A DNA stretch of 64,000 bases from Macrostomum lignano (taxonomy: Eukaryota), in NCBI GenBank assembly GCA_002269645.1, contig NIVC01000507.1, forward strand, positions 310,001 through 374,000, written 5' to 3'. The number at the start of each line of letters is the position of its first letter. Position 1 is the stretch's first letter. The translations under genes and the position numbers were made by a program. Positions 41,001 through 53,390 of the stretch are shown here, one piece after another. The notes under the pieces were generated by a model. That model had not been told where the DNA came from. It made no database searches and was given only the letters and a program-made list of their open reading frames with translations.

Positions 41001-41065
41001 TCTTCCTCCTGATGTTGCTGTTGTTGCTGCAACTGCTGCTGCTCTTGCGACGACGATTGCTGCAT
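38055..41065 (-). CDS. 2OG-Fe(II) oxygenase (prolyl-4-hydroxylase-like) with a C-terminal TPR/MIT-like helical hairpin; exons 41065-40813, 40348-40006, 39329-39039, 38214-38055
   Basis: GFVLRGFLSP|AECQRLV; LRLCRYHPGQHFSPHYDG (HxD); TFMVYL..GGATNF; GSLLVFNH..LHEG...KYILRSDIMYR (distal His and 2OG-binding Arg); all introns GT-AG and in phase. Confidence 0.9.
38320..39030. repeat. 20/21-bp minisatellite ATGTACATGATGCATC(TAATT/AATG) (oxygenase intron 3)
   Basis: Seen directly in the sequence. Confidence 0.96.
39345..39930. repeat. 20-bp minisatellite AATGTCAAATGACCTCAGAT (oxygenase intron 2)
   Basis: About 28 copies. Confidence 0.97.
40395..40740. repeat. 37-bp minisatellite (oxygenase intron 1)
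   Basis: GGAACTT...AATCTTAAAAGTACA units, about 9 copies. Confidence 0.9.
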
Positions 41066-41512
41066 TGTTGATGCTGAATACAAACAATTAGAAGATTGAA
41101 AAGATGAAAACGACACTTCGCTCTGGCATTTGCGTTACTACATTTATATACGTTGTATGAGTATGCTAGCGTGAATGCGATGCTAAAAATAAGCAAATTG
41201 CGACACGTTGCACGCAATTCGTGTTTTAACTCTTGGTGCAATACTTATTGCTGAACGCTCATGAAAATAGCTAATGTTAGAAGTACACTACTTACAATTG
41301 GCTAGTGAGTAGAAAGTATGACGTTTTAAGCTAAATTCATAGAAAATTTGTCCATAAAAAGAGTAAGGCAATAAAACAATAGTCAGAACATTTTTCTTCT
41401 CTTCCGGTTATTAAAATGCAGCAAATTATTGGAAGAAGGCAGTTAGCCGACTAAACACGTTTATGATTGTTTTCAATCACATTTCTGTACAGCAGGTAAA
41501 AGAGGTTTAAGG

Positions 41513-42587
41513 TCAAACATTTGCCTCCTCATTTTCATCTCCGATTGCTTTTTCGTCAGCAGCGGCAGCAGCGGCCTGCTCGCGTTCCAGTCGACGTTGG
41601 CGCGCTTTGTCGTGCGCTGCGCGCCACATTCCGGCTTTGACGAAGCGCTTAGCGGCGTCGACATCGATACGCGGCTGGCGTGCTTTGTCGGCCTCAGCTT
41701 GGACTCGACGCATCGGTCCGACAACTCGGTCAAGCTCGGAGCGAACGCTGTGCTTGCTAGGGTCCTGGCCCTGGCGTAGGTGGAATCCAACAATTACCCC
41801 TTTTTAGCTATAATTTCAAATCAATTAAAATGCTTACTACGAAACATAAAGCTACTTAAAAACATATAGATACATATCGGCTACTTTTATTACAAATTTC
41901 GATACATATCAGTTACTTCTAATAAACAAATTGATATATATCAGCTACATTAAATAAACATATCGATACATATCGGCTACTTAAAATAAACATATCGATA
42001 CATATCGGCCACTTTAAATAAACATCGATAAATATCAGCTAATGTTGGCATTTATTTTACAGCTCGTTGAACTGAAGCAATGCAATGTTAAGTGTCTTGT
42101 TTAAAGACACAAATTGTTTCAGTGGGATCGGGATTCGAACCCTCGACCTTTCAGTCGTGAGTCGGACGCTCTAACCACTAGGCTACCTATTTGTTACTTG
42201 TAAAGAACAAAGATTCTATCCAGATGTCCCCCATCGGGGGGCGAAGATTGCTAGTCGGCTGCTAAGAATCTTGATACATATCGGCAACTTTCAATAAACA
42301 TGTCGATACATATCGGCACTCAATCTCACCTGGCAGCGCAGATAGACCCAGTAGAGAGCATTCATGCCGTAGAGAAAGGTGAGATCGAACTTCGCCTTCT
42401 CCAACGGCGTCATATCGGCCGTGCGCTCCTCGTACGGCTGTCGCATCACGGCGTCGAATGCCGACTCGACCTCGTCGACGGAGCCGACAAGGCGCAGCAG
42501 ATTCGCCCGGATCTCATCGGGAATCTCATCTAGCTGGCTGCCACCGACACCGCCGCTGTCCGCTTCGAGATCGTCATCGACTTCCAT
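41513..42587 (-). CDS. C1D: Nuclear nucleic acid-binding protein C1D / Rrp47 (171 aa); exons 42587-42330, 41770-41513
   Basis: LEKAKFDLTFLYGMNALYWVYLRCQ|GQDPSKHSVRSELDRV...IDVDAAKRFVKAGMW matches the Sas10/C1D family pattern. Confidence 0.9.
42040..42186 (-). mobile_element. Second copy of the CORE-like tRNA SINE (in the C1D intron)
   Basis: GTAGCCTAGTGGTTAGAGCG..GGTTCGAATCCC head plus CORE-like body, homologous to 6020-6210. Confidence 0.8.
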
Positions 42588-42699
42588 TGGCGATGTAGCT
42601 GTTATGAAGCTGACTGGAAATATGAGGGGCCATTTGATGTACGTTGCTTCAACTATTGCAGACCAACGGTGACTAGTGAAGAGTGGAAACTGGTTAAGG

Positions 42700-43800
42700 G
42701 TGAACGGGGAAGAGTGAAGGGTGAATGGGGGAGAGTGAAGGGTGAATGGGGGAGAATGAATGGTGAATGGGGGGAGTCAATGGTGAATGGGAGAGAGTAA
42801 ATTGTGAATGGGGGAAAATGAATAGTGAATGGGGAAGGGCTAAGGGTGAACGGGGAAGAGTGAAGGGTGAATAGAGGAGAGTGAATGGTGAATGGGGGAG
42901 AGTGAAGGGTGAATAGAGGAGAGTGAATGGTGAATGGGGGAGAGTGAAGGGTGAATGGAGGAGAGTGAAGGGTGAATAAGAAAGAGTGAGGGGTGAATGG
43001 GAAAGAGTGAAGATTGAATGAGATAGAGTGAAGGGTGAATGGGAAAGAGTGAAGATTGAATGAGATAGAGTGAAGGGTGAATGGAGGAGAGTGAAGGGTG
43101 AATTGGGGAGAGTGAAGGGTGAATAGGGTAAAGTGAAGGGTGAATGGGGGAGAGTGAATGGTGAATGAGAAAGAGTGAAGGGTGAATGGGAAAGAGTGAA
43201 GGGTGAATGGAGGAGAGTGAAGGGTGAATGGGGGAGAGTGAAGGGTGAATAGGGTAAAGTGAAGGGTGAATGGAGGAGAGTGAAGGGTGAATGGGGGAGA
43301 GTGAAGGGTGAATGGGGGAGAGTGAAGGGTGAATGGGAAAGAGTGAAGGGTGAATGGGAAAGAGTGAAGAGTGAATAGAGGAGAATGAAGGGTGAATGGG
43401 GGAGAGTGAAGGGTAAATAGGGTAAAGTGAAGGGTGAATGGAGGAGAGTGAAGGGTGAATGGGGGAGAGTGAAGGGTGAATGGGGGAGAGTGAAGGGTGA
43501 ATGGGGGAGAGTGAAGGGTGAATGGGGGAGAGTGAGGGGTGAATGGGGGAGAGTGAAGGGTGAATGGGAAAGAGTGAATGGAGGAGAGTGAAGGGTGAAT
43601 GGGGGAGAGTGAAGGGTGAATGGGGGAGAGTGAAGGGTGAATGGGGGAGAGTGAAGGGTGAATGGGGGAGAGTGAAGGGTGAATGGGGGAGAGTGAAGGG
43701 TGAATGGGGGAGAGTGAAGGGTGAATGGGAGAGAGTGAAGGGTGAATGGGGGAGAGTGAAGGGTGAATGGGGGAGAGTGAAGGGTGAATGAGAAAGAGTG
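42700..43800. repeat. 21-bp G-rich minisatellite GGGTGAATGGGGGAGAGTGAA between UTP23 and C1D
   Basis: About 50 copies. Confidence 0.97.
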
Positions 43801-44000
43801 AAAAAAGCAGCGTCCAAAAAACTACGATAATTGTCTAAATGGGTTTTAAAAAATCAACGAATTTTTTAAAATTACCGCAAGGCAAGACTAGATTTTACAA
43901 TCTAAATTGCAATTAAAAATACAACTGACCGAATATATTTCGTATACTCAGAGACAGCAGAGACCAGTTGATATGTAAAAAATGCAAATTCAAAATATTC

Positions 44001-45596
44001 CTACACCAGAAACTGCTGCTGCAACTGTTCGACAATAAACTGCCTCACGTGCCACGGTCGTCGACTCCAGCCGGCACGTCGGCCGCGTTTACGACGCCGA
44101 CAAATAGTCGACGACAAATCGACATTATTGTCAATGTTGCGGTGGACTTCATCGGATTTCTGTTGCTGTTGTTCTGTTTGTCTTTTTCTCTTCTTCTTCA
44201 AGCAGGACAGCGGGTTGGCGCCTCGTTGACGCCGTCGACGGCGTTTCAGGACGGAAGCGTCGACTGTGGCAGCAGCGGCGACGGCGGCAGCTTCGTCAGC
44301 TTCGGCGCGTAGGCCGCGTAGTCGACGTTCAGCAAGTAGTCGGCGAGTGTCGGCCGGCAGGCCGGTGAGCAGAGGCTGGCCGTGCTCAAGCAGCAGACAG
44401 GGCATGCCGGTCAATTCGTGAGCCAGTGAACGAAGCCGCTCGGAGTTCGACGCTAGCAATGGCCGCCAGTTCGGGTTGGAAGCCGAAACGCCGGAAGCTT
44501 CATCGACAGTCGGTTCCGTTGCTACTGGTCGCAGGGCTTTGGTTAGGCATCGAACAGCAGTGGTTGGCCGTTTATGATGACAGGGATGCAGTTCTAGACA
44601 GGACAGCACCTGGCATGGAGACGGGTTTTTTGGAGTGGCTGGCTGTCAATAACAGAGTTCAGACTGTCTACTCCATACAGAAGGCGGGACAGAAAAAGGT
44701 GAAATGCTGGCAGCTAGAATGACAGCAACAGTGTTACCGTGACAGAAAATGTTACGCAATTACAGACGGAATGACAGCTACAGGTTAGTGTTACAGACAC
44801 ACTAACAGACACAGGCTAGTGTTAGGCTAGTGTTACAGACACAATTGACAGCTACAGGTTACAGTGTTACAGACACACTGACAGATACAGGCTAGTGTAA
44901 CAGACACACTGACAGATACAGGCTAGTGTTACAGACACACTGACAGATACAGGCTAGTGTTACAGACATATTGACAGCTACAGGCTAGTGTTACAGACAC
45001 ACTGACAGACACAGGCTAGTGTTACAGACACACTGACAGATACAGGCTAGTGTTACAGACACACTGACAGCTACAGGCTAGTGTTACAGACAACATGACA
45101 GCTACAGGCTAGTGTTACAGACAACATGACAGCTACAGGCTAGTGTTACAGACACAATGACAGCTACAAGCTAGTGTTACAGACACAATGACAGCTACAG
45201 GCTAGTGTTACAGGCACAGTGACAGATACAGGCTACAGTACAGACAACATGACAGCTACAGGCTACAGTATTACAGGTAGAATAAAAATAGGGGTAGACT
45301 ACTAATAAAATTTATAGGAAAGCAGAGACAATTCAGAAAAAGCAACGAACCTTAAGCGTCCCAGCCATCACTGGCCCCAACAGTTGGCACTCTTTAATGA
45401 CGCATCGAGTTGTGCATAGGGCAAGATTCCGGCCATCCAACAGTCTGTGAAGCTGGTCGCTCATGTTCACCTTATGCCGCAGTGCCATCCTAGCGAAGCT
45501 GCTGTCAATCAGCACCGGTAGCGGATCAGCAAGGCCAAATGTCTCCGCGCAAGCGTCAAGAATACGACGATTACGTTTTAACTTTTTTGCGCGCAT
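44001..45596 (-). CDS. UTP23: rRNA-processing protein UTP23 (PIN domain, 284 aa); exons 45596-45351, 44609-44001
   Basis: N-terminal MRAKKLKRNRR...FG...VLIDSSF..AL..KVNM...L...CTTRCVIKE..LLG; C-terminal KRRRR..GANPLSCLKKK. Confidence 0.92.
44775..45270. repeat. 31-bp minisatellite ACAGGCTAGTGTTACAGACACACTGACAGAT (UTP23 intron)
   Basis: About 16 copies. Confidence 0.95.
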
Positions 45597-45764
45597 TCTC
45601 TTAATTTATTGGCTTTGAAAGTTGCTGTAATGTGTAGATCAATATACCTAAAAACTACAAGTACTTGTTTCACTTCTGCTTGTTGTGTCATTTTTAATAC
45701 CTTAAATTAAGTAGAATATTTGACTAAGTTTGAGCCTTTTTTATGAAATAAGAGAGATAGAGAT

Positions 45765-45782
45765 AGATATAGAGATAGAGAT

Positions 45783-45875
<93 letters not shown>

Positions 45876-46460
45876 AGGGGTGAGTGGACAGAAGGGAGAG
45901 AATAAGAGAAGGGAGAGGGGAAAGAAGAGAAGGGAGAGAATAAGAGAAGGGAGAGTGGAAAGAAGAGAAGCGAGAGGGGAATGAAGAGAAGGGAGAGGGG
46001 AAAGAAGAGAAGGGAGAGGGGAAAGAAGAGAAGGGAGAGGGGAAAGAAGAGAAGGGAGAGGGGAATGAAGAGAAGGGAGAGGGGAATGAAGAGAAGGGAG
46101 AGGGGAAAGAAGAGAAGGGAGAGGGGAAAGAAGAGAAGGGAGAGGGGAAAGAAGAGAAGGGAGAGGGGAAAGAAGAGAAGGGAGAGGGGAAAGAAGAGAA
46201 GGGAGAGGGGAAAGAAGAGAAGGGAGAGGGGAAAGAAGAGAAGGGAGAGGGGAAAGAAGAGAAGGGAGAGGGGAAAGAAGAGAAGGGAGAGGGGAAAAAA
46301 GAGAAGGGAGAGGGGAAAGAAGAGAAGGGAGAGGGGAAAGAAGAGAAGGGAGAGGGGAAAGAAGAGAAGGGAGAGGGGAATGAAGAGGAGAGAGAAGAGA
46401 GGCGAGATGGAAGAGAGGGGAGGGAGAAAAAAAAGAGAATAGAGAAGGGAGAGAAGAGAG
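45765..46460. repeat. (GA)n plus 21-bp GAAGAGAAGGGAGAGGGGAAA array upstream of UTP23
   Basis: Seen directly in the sequence. Confidence 0.96.
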
Positions 46461-49400
46461 CTGAGAAAGGACACAAACCTTAAGCAGGCCAGATTGCCAT
46501 TGTGAAGTTTTAAAGGACCAGAGGGCTGGATAGAGAGGCTTCAAGGGCTGCATATAGCCTGCAGGCCAGAGTTTACTGACCCATTTTATTCTTCTGTCTC
46601 TCTCTTTGATGATGTCTCCATTCATCTTTGTTTCTAATCAATTAAATAAGTCGAGGTTTGCTATTTTTCTCTCAATCTTTAACCCTCAACATGGATATTT
46701 ATTTCTAATTCTAGATTCGTTTCCTTGTTGGATTGGAATATTTGAATCTAAACTTGATGTTGGTTAGACATTGGATAGAGGGTGGAGTAGGAGTAGAAGA
46801 GCAGTGGGAGCAGAAGCAAAGGGAGGGAAGATAAAGCAATGGCAGAGCTTCATTCTCACTAAATGCCAATATATATATATATGATTTTTGCATTTCATTG
46901 GTAGGGGATCCTTAAGGGGATCCTTACTATAGCATAAGCATGTGCTATATTTTCCAAATAGAAAAACTTTATTGAAATAAGCATTAGACTAAAAAATAGC
47001 ACTGGATATAATATGATTAAATTAAGATCATTCTATGACCTATGACTTTAGTATCATTAGTTCTATGACTTTAGTAACTTTAGTTCTAAGACTTTAATAA
47101 CTTTAGTAATTTTAGTTCTATGACTTAAGTAACTTTAGTAATTTTAGTTCTATGACTTTAGTATCGATATGTATATCTATTTTAATATTTCACATTGGCA
47201 AAAATGAGAATTGTTTAATAGAGATCTATACTATATACATGTATTATCATATTTGTTTAAGAATAATTTAAGAGTTAGGCTAGGCCAATACCTATTTGAC
47301 AGCCTAGGTATCTATTTATCTAGACTAAAGACTTTAGTGAAGGTCTTGTGGCTTGTCATAGGTCTAATTTTGTTATAACCCCATAAAAAGTTTAAAAACA
47401 AAAATAGTGCTAGATAAGGTTCATAGTTTGGAAAGTCTATATCTTAGAAAAATGACCAATTTCTTGGTATAAGCCTAAACCAATGTATGCCTAATAGAAC
47501 CTTATGCAAAGCTTTAAATTGTTGTCATTATCAATTTTATATAATAGTACTACTAGACTAGGCCTAGTGATTTTAATATTTAATTTCAATTAGATAAAGT
47601 TAAAAACTAAAAATAATATTTATATTTGCATAAAATTAAATTTTTACATATAAAGTCATTAAAGAAAAAAAAACTAAATTAGTATATATTTATTAAAATT
47701 TCAAATCATTATCTTATTAAAAACATAGAAATCAATTTTGTATTAAATAGTTATCAAATTTTACAATTATAATGCATGGACAACTATTGAATACAATTGA
47801 TAATGTAATTTATTTTATTTTCGGTGCCTGCTATACACCAAAATACTAAATGTGTAGTCCTATTATACCAAAAGCCCTAAGCATAAAAATCACTTTTTGT
47901 ATACCAATGTATAGTTGTATATGTCAAATTTCCTAAATATAGGGCTTACTCAGAAATTTCTAGCATATATGTTTTCTTTTGGACTATGAAAGACTTAAGC
48001 AAGGCTTAAATCTTTTATAAGTCAAGGCCCTAGTAAACTATATAGGCCTACTTTACTAGGCCTAGCCTAGATAGGGCCTAGTCAAATATTTTTGAATATA
48101 CACAAAACTGTCAAAACATGATGTATGAATATAGGCCTAAATTATAGGGACTAGGCCTAGTCATTTTGGTGACAAGATGTTTTGATGATAGTCATTTTGG
48201 TGACAAGTAAAAGTCATTCTAGTGACAAAAAATACTTTTTGATGATATAGCCATTTTGTTTTCAATAGAAAATTACCTTGAAAATCTTAAGGGATATTGA
48301 ACCATATATTTTAAACAATTTTCTGGAAATTTCTGCAATGGTTAGGTAATTGCTTTGTTTAATTTTGTTTATTTACACTTAAAGAGTTGCAATCTTTTGA
48401 ATTTATATATTTTCTAATCCAATTCCAATGTGACCAAATGTGTCTAGGCCTAGGCCTAGTGAATAAATAGGCCATCAATGCTTTTCTCGTAGTCAGAATT
48501 TCATAAAGATTCTCTATAGGTTTATGGTTTGTGTCTGAATATTTTGGGACAATTCAAAATAATCTGTACAAAAAGATAACCTTATAATTAATTAATTTGA
48601 TTTATGAACTTTTCTTACATACAATATTTAATGGGAATTTTCAAATTTGAATGAAATATAAATCTTAACAAAAAAGCTACAAGCTGATATTCTAAAGCAC
48701 CTCCTGTTACTAAACTGACAATATTCATAAATTCTTTATTTTTTTTAAAAATGAAATAAGTCGATAACAAACAAAAGCAACTTGTCAACAAAACAACTAT
48801 TTGTCACCAAAATGTCTGTCACTGAAATGACTTGTCACCAAAACAACTGGTACCCAATTATAGTATAGCCCATGGGTCAGTTTAGATTTGTTTTTATCAA
48901 TAAATAAAATGACAATTTAGACAATTTAGACAAGTTTTCTAACTTACTTATTATCTTATCAGTTGACCAATTTTCAAAATAAAAATATGGTGTCTTAATA
49001 TAGTTATCTTAGTTAGATAGGCCCTAGGGCCTAAGTCTAAGACTAAGTACAGTACAGATACAGACCATGCATCATGTGATAAAAAAAACTAAAATGATAT
49101 AATATAGCGAATTCTAAATAATAAATAGGCATACATACATAGCCATATTAAAATTTCACTGTTAAGAACGGTGCGCCTTAAGAACTGGGTGGGCAGGGCT
49201 GCAGGGTACATGCCTGTTACCAAGTTACCAAGACTGTCACCAAGGGAGAGCACTACGCTACTCAACTATCGGAAAACTTGCAGAGGTGGGGGTGGAGAAA
49301 GAAAAATAAATGGTGATTTGGGAATTTGAAAATTAGGGTTTCCTCGAAACCGGTTAGCGTTGCGTTCGCACGAATGAAGCCGTAAAATCGCGCAGACGAA

Positions 49401-49561
49401 TCACAACGAATTTCTTCTCCTTTTACTCCGACAGCCGGGTTCTCAAGTCCGGGGGGAGGGTAGTCGTAATTGTAGCGGAGCGGTCGTAGAGCGGCACGGT
49501 CGTTCAGATATAGAAACACCGGAGATTGCTGACGTAGATTAATGTGTCGATGAGTTGAACT

Positions 49562-50308
49562 TGTTACTTTCAGTAGGGTAAGTTGCTGCCACCACCGTAA
49601 TTCTCGTATTACGGAACGTTAATGGTCTCAGAGCTTTCTTTGAGGTGAGACTTCGGTTATTTTACGCCCCACGGGCAAATGATTCAAGATAGGCTATGGC
49701 TTAAGTCAACGGAATAAATATATTAAAGGTAAATTGTCGTTATTTATTATTATTATGAGCAAATTATTTTAGCTCGCGCAGGTTATTTATTGATTATAGT
49801 AGATTACTAAGAACGAATGAATTCACGGGCGCCGGGGCGCAAGACAAACTAATAAGATCGAGCTAACTATGTAACTGCAAGGGCAAAAGTGAACAGAAAG
49901 GGAGAAGAGGGAGAGCGAGAGAGAGCGAGAGCGAGAGCGGAAGCGCATGCAGACATAAAGCTGAGCGCGACTTATTTATAGCAAAACTTATAATAAACTA
50001 CCAGGTGTGGGGGCTGAGCTCGCCAACACCGGGGCCACGCAATGGTTATTGAAACAAAATTTCACAGGAATGCACATAAAATTGGTTAGAAAACAACAGA
50101 TGAAATTACGTTAACCAGACATGGGAAAACAAACTTCAACCGAAGGTCCAAACTCGGGGCCAACAGAGGGAGGGGGCCTGAGGTCATAGATAGACTACCG
50201 TTGGCCACACGGGTTGGAATTCACGAAAGAAAAACATTATTGGCACGCAATTAAATAGTAATTATTAAAGAATAAAAATTAAGCTTCCGTGGCAACCCCA
50301 CTGTCACA
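49562..50308 (-). mobile_element. Solo LTR, 747 bp, 4-bp TSD AACT
   Basis: Minus strand TGTGAC...GTAACA termini; AACT at 49558-49561 and 50309-50312; TATAAATA near 49980 and AATAAA near 49790 in U3-R-U5 order. Confidence 0.75.
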
Positions 50309-51213
50309 AACTCATTGGGAAACTACGTTTCTTGGAAAAAATACGAGGTTTTGTCAAAAAATTTGCCAATGAATGGAAGTTTTCGTCTTTTCACTCTTTC
50401 AGCACAAAAACTGTAATTGCATTTGATAAAAGGCATAGCTAGTGTTAATCTTTTGATGTGTCTTGCTTTTGTTGTAGAATACATAATTTACATGTATAGA
50501 TCTACTTATATTCATTGGCTTTATACTGCATGCAACTCTACTTTTATCATTTTAGCTGAACTGTTTAATGAAATGTTAACAGCTTGATAAACTGTATATT
50601 TAAATAGATAATTAAAACTTGATCAAACCTTCCTAAACCTTCACATGTAGCCTTGGCCTCTTTGTCAGAGGGGGATCGGAAGACCACGTGCACCCCCGCC
50701 GTCTGCTTATCCAAAAGCAGCTATATAGCAGTTTGCCTTTAGAAAGCAGATCGAAGTTCGACCTCAGATGCAACCTAGGAGCCCTGCTGGAAGCAGCTGG
50801 AGGCCTAGGCTGCACTGCTAACCCTCGGATGGAATATCCTGTCCATGCACACTCTGCCCTCCGCTTAAATTCCGAAAAACTGCATTTCACCGCACGTTAA
50901 GAATTGAAGCAAGGGACTAGTATAGAAACCTCTGTAAAATCTACTGCTTTCCTGACAAATCTCAAATCAACTCTATAGCTATACGTATTACATCTGTTTT
51001 GGAGGGAGGAAGCTGCAGTACACGCATCCTATCTCCCAACAGCACACCGCCGGCGGCACCTACTCTCCGTCATCTGTTCCTGCCACCAGCTCCTGTGCCG
51101 TGCCGTGAGCTGTGTACAATGAGCGAGTCTGGGGGAAGAAGATCACTGGATCACCATGATCAGGACAGGCTCACCTACTTACATGCTTGGGCGCAACCTT
51201 GGGATTCACCCGG

Positions 51214-51323
51214 CCGTTTCTATTGGCAACACACGCATGTAAGTCGCTATTGGCTGAGAGCAGTCACGTGACTACTGTTCTGTCCAATAGCGACTTACAT
51301 GCGTGTGTTGCCAATAGAAACGG
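51214..51323. other. 110-bp palindrome with 40-bp perfect arms
   Basis: CCGTTTCTATTGGCAACACACGCATGTAAGTCGCTATTGG / CCAATAGCGACTTACATGCGTGTGTTGCCAATAGAAACGG; centre contains TCACGTGA. Confidence 0.9.
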
Positions 51324-53390
51324 GCCGGGCGGCTACTTAGGCCAAAACGGCCGGCCAGATCTCTCCAGATCCTACGTTTTCAGGCTCGAGAATCTCAGCT
51401 GCCAGCTTGACTACCAGTACAAAAAATTATCCATACATGCACCTCTTGGACTCCTTCTGGACCACCGCGGATCTCCATGCGTGACACCGTAGCACCATAT
51501 GCAGCTGCAGCTGCAAACTGACTGAAAAACGTCATCTTCGGTGAGCCAGCGTTCCCCCTGATGACTAAGTTGGCACAAACTGTCATATGACCTTCTTCCA
51601 TGCCAATGCCGATCCAGAACGTGCTGTATAGGGAAGTCAAGCGACATAGATGATAATTCAAAGCGAAATTCAATGGCTGACACCACTCACTCGTTTTGCT
51701 CATCTTCGAGTTTCCTTTGCTCTACTAACTCATCAGCAACACTGTGCATTTGATGTTAGCATCAGTCAGAACCTGATTAATCTCGCAATCGAAGCATGAG
51801 CTACGCCCGTAAGTATAGCTCGTATTTCGCCTACCAAGCAGAAAATAAAAAGTGAAAGGCTAACGAAAAGGCTCAGGATCGCTGCTGCAGAGCTGACACT
51901 GTCACTAGCTGACACTGACAGTACTACAATAAATTGATGTGATCGTGTCTCTGGTAGTTTATAATTTTCAACTTAGGGGTTAGGTAAAGTGACAAAGACG
52001 AAAAGCAGAATTTTGAAATGCGTTTTTGGTCCTTGTGCGTTCAACTTTTTGGCAAGCTTCTCGAATCGTTCGTTTAATTATTTCCGGAATTATTTCGCCC
52101 TCTATTTCAAGAGTGGTGGGGGTGGGGTTGGAATTAAACGAACGATTAGAGAAGATAGTCAACTTTTCAATATACTGAGTGGCAGCACTGATACACGCAG
52201 TCTTTGTCACTACAGTTATTGGAGTCTTTGCTATTACTATTGACCTATTCAACACCTATAGTAGTTGACACCTATTCAGGCTATTCTTTTCAGATATATG
52301 GAATATATCTTGTCCAAGTCCTACGTTTAGGAAAAAAATTATTTACTCGGTGGCCAAAGTAACGCTAAATCAAGTGTTTTTTTACGTTTTTAGCGACGAG
52401 CATGTTGAGCTGCCGGAACATTCCAGTGCAAAAGAGAGAGGTAATATGCAGAAGACGTGGAGTTAGCGGGTCTATACCGCATCATCATTGTCTTGTCTCG
52501 GCAAAAATAGCTCGTACTTACGCTCGTATCAGCTGGCTCATGGTTTCTCAAAATGTGAAAACGGAATGCATCTCAATCAAAGCATCAGAAGAAGGCTGTG
52601 GCTCATCACGCTTCATTCAGCGGATCGGCAGTTTTTTATTTATCGAATTAGATTGCATTGGTGAATGGAATTAACAAACTGCTTTTCGGTAGACAATATT
52701 AGCTTTAATTTTAGTTCTTTTTGGAGTGTGTGAAACGCGAAATTGTTATTGAAATTATTACACAGTTGAATAAGCATGACGCAGATGTTTGCCATTAAAA
52801 AAGTAGCAAAAGGTGATTTTCTACTTTGCGAAAAGTATATTTCTAGCCCCTATCAGTAGCCGGATATCCTAAAGCAAACCTCTGTCTCCGCAGGCTGACC
52901 CCTCTCTTTCAACCTTCCAGTCAGACGTCCTAAGACAACTTCCCTTTCAGGTGATCTCCAGACCGGATAGCAGAGTCAGTGCCGTAGGATGTCCGGGGAG
53001 ACATCTCAAAGTGCCCGGACAATGCAAAGCAGCTCAAGATATCCGGGAAGGAGAAAAAAAGCAGGTTTTTTGCTTGGCAGTATCCGGGCGGATATCGTAA
53101 GTGCGTTCGGATATCCGGGCTAGACAAAAACCCCGGATAGTCTAAAAGTGTAGCACCGGCTTTGCTGTAGACATCGCCTTCAACTTCCCGGCGCACTGCA
53201 GTTCATTTTAGCATTCTTTCGGTGCACACCCAAAGTAAAGGAATTCCATAAGTTTAAATTTCGATAGATTAAATTCACTCTCTTTTTTCAATAAAAATTA
53301 ACTTAGATAGGCTGGAGGCTCCTAAATCAAGTTTTCGACGATCACAGAGAAGTTTATAGTAAAACAAATTCTTGAAGCAAAAAAGCAACC

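Noticed and set aside
42120-42186. Functional tRNA gene (CAC anticodon-like loop); also 6140-6210
   Set aside because: No complete acceptor stem, and it continues directly into a CORE-like SINE body present twice.
50633-51703. Several 70-100-aa ORFs in a moderately GC-rich patch
   Set aside because: No recognisable domain and no consistent splice structure; possibly decayed repeat.
51980-52255. Harbinger-transposase-like phrase IIPEIIKRTIREACQKV
   Set aside because: Too short; no other motifs or TIRs.
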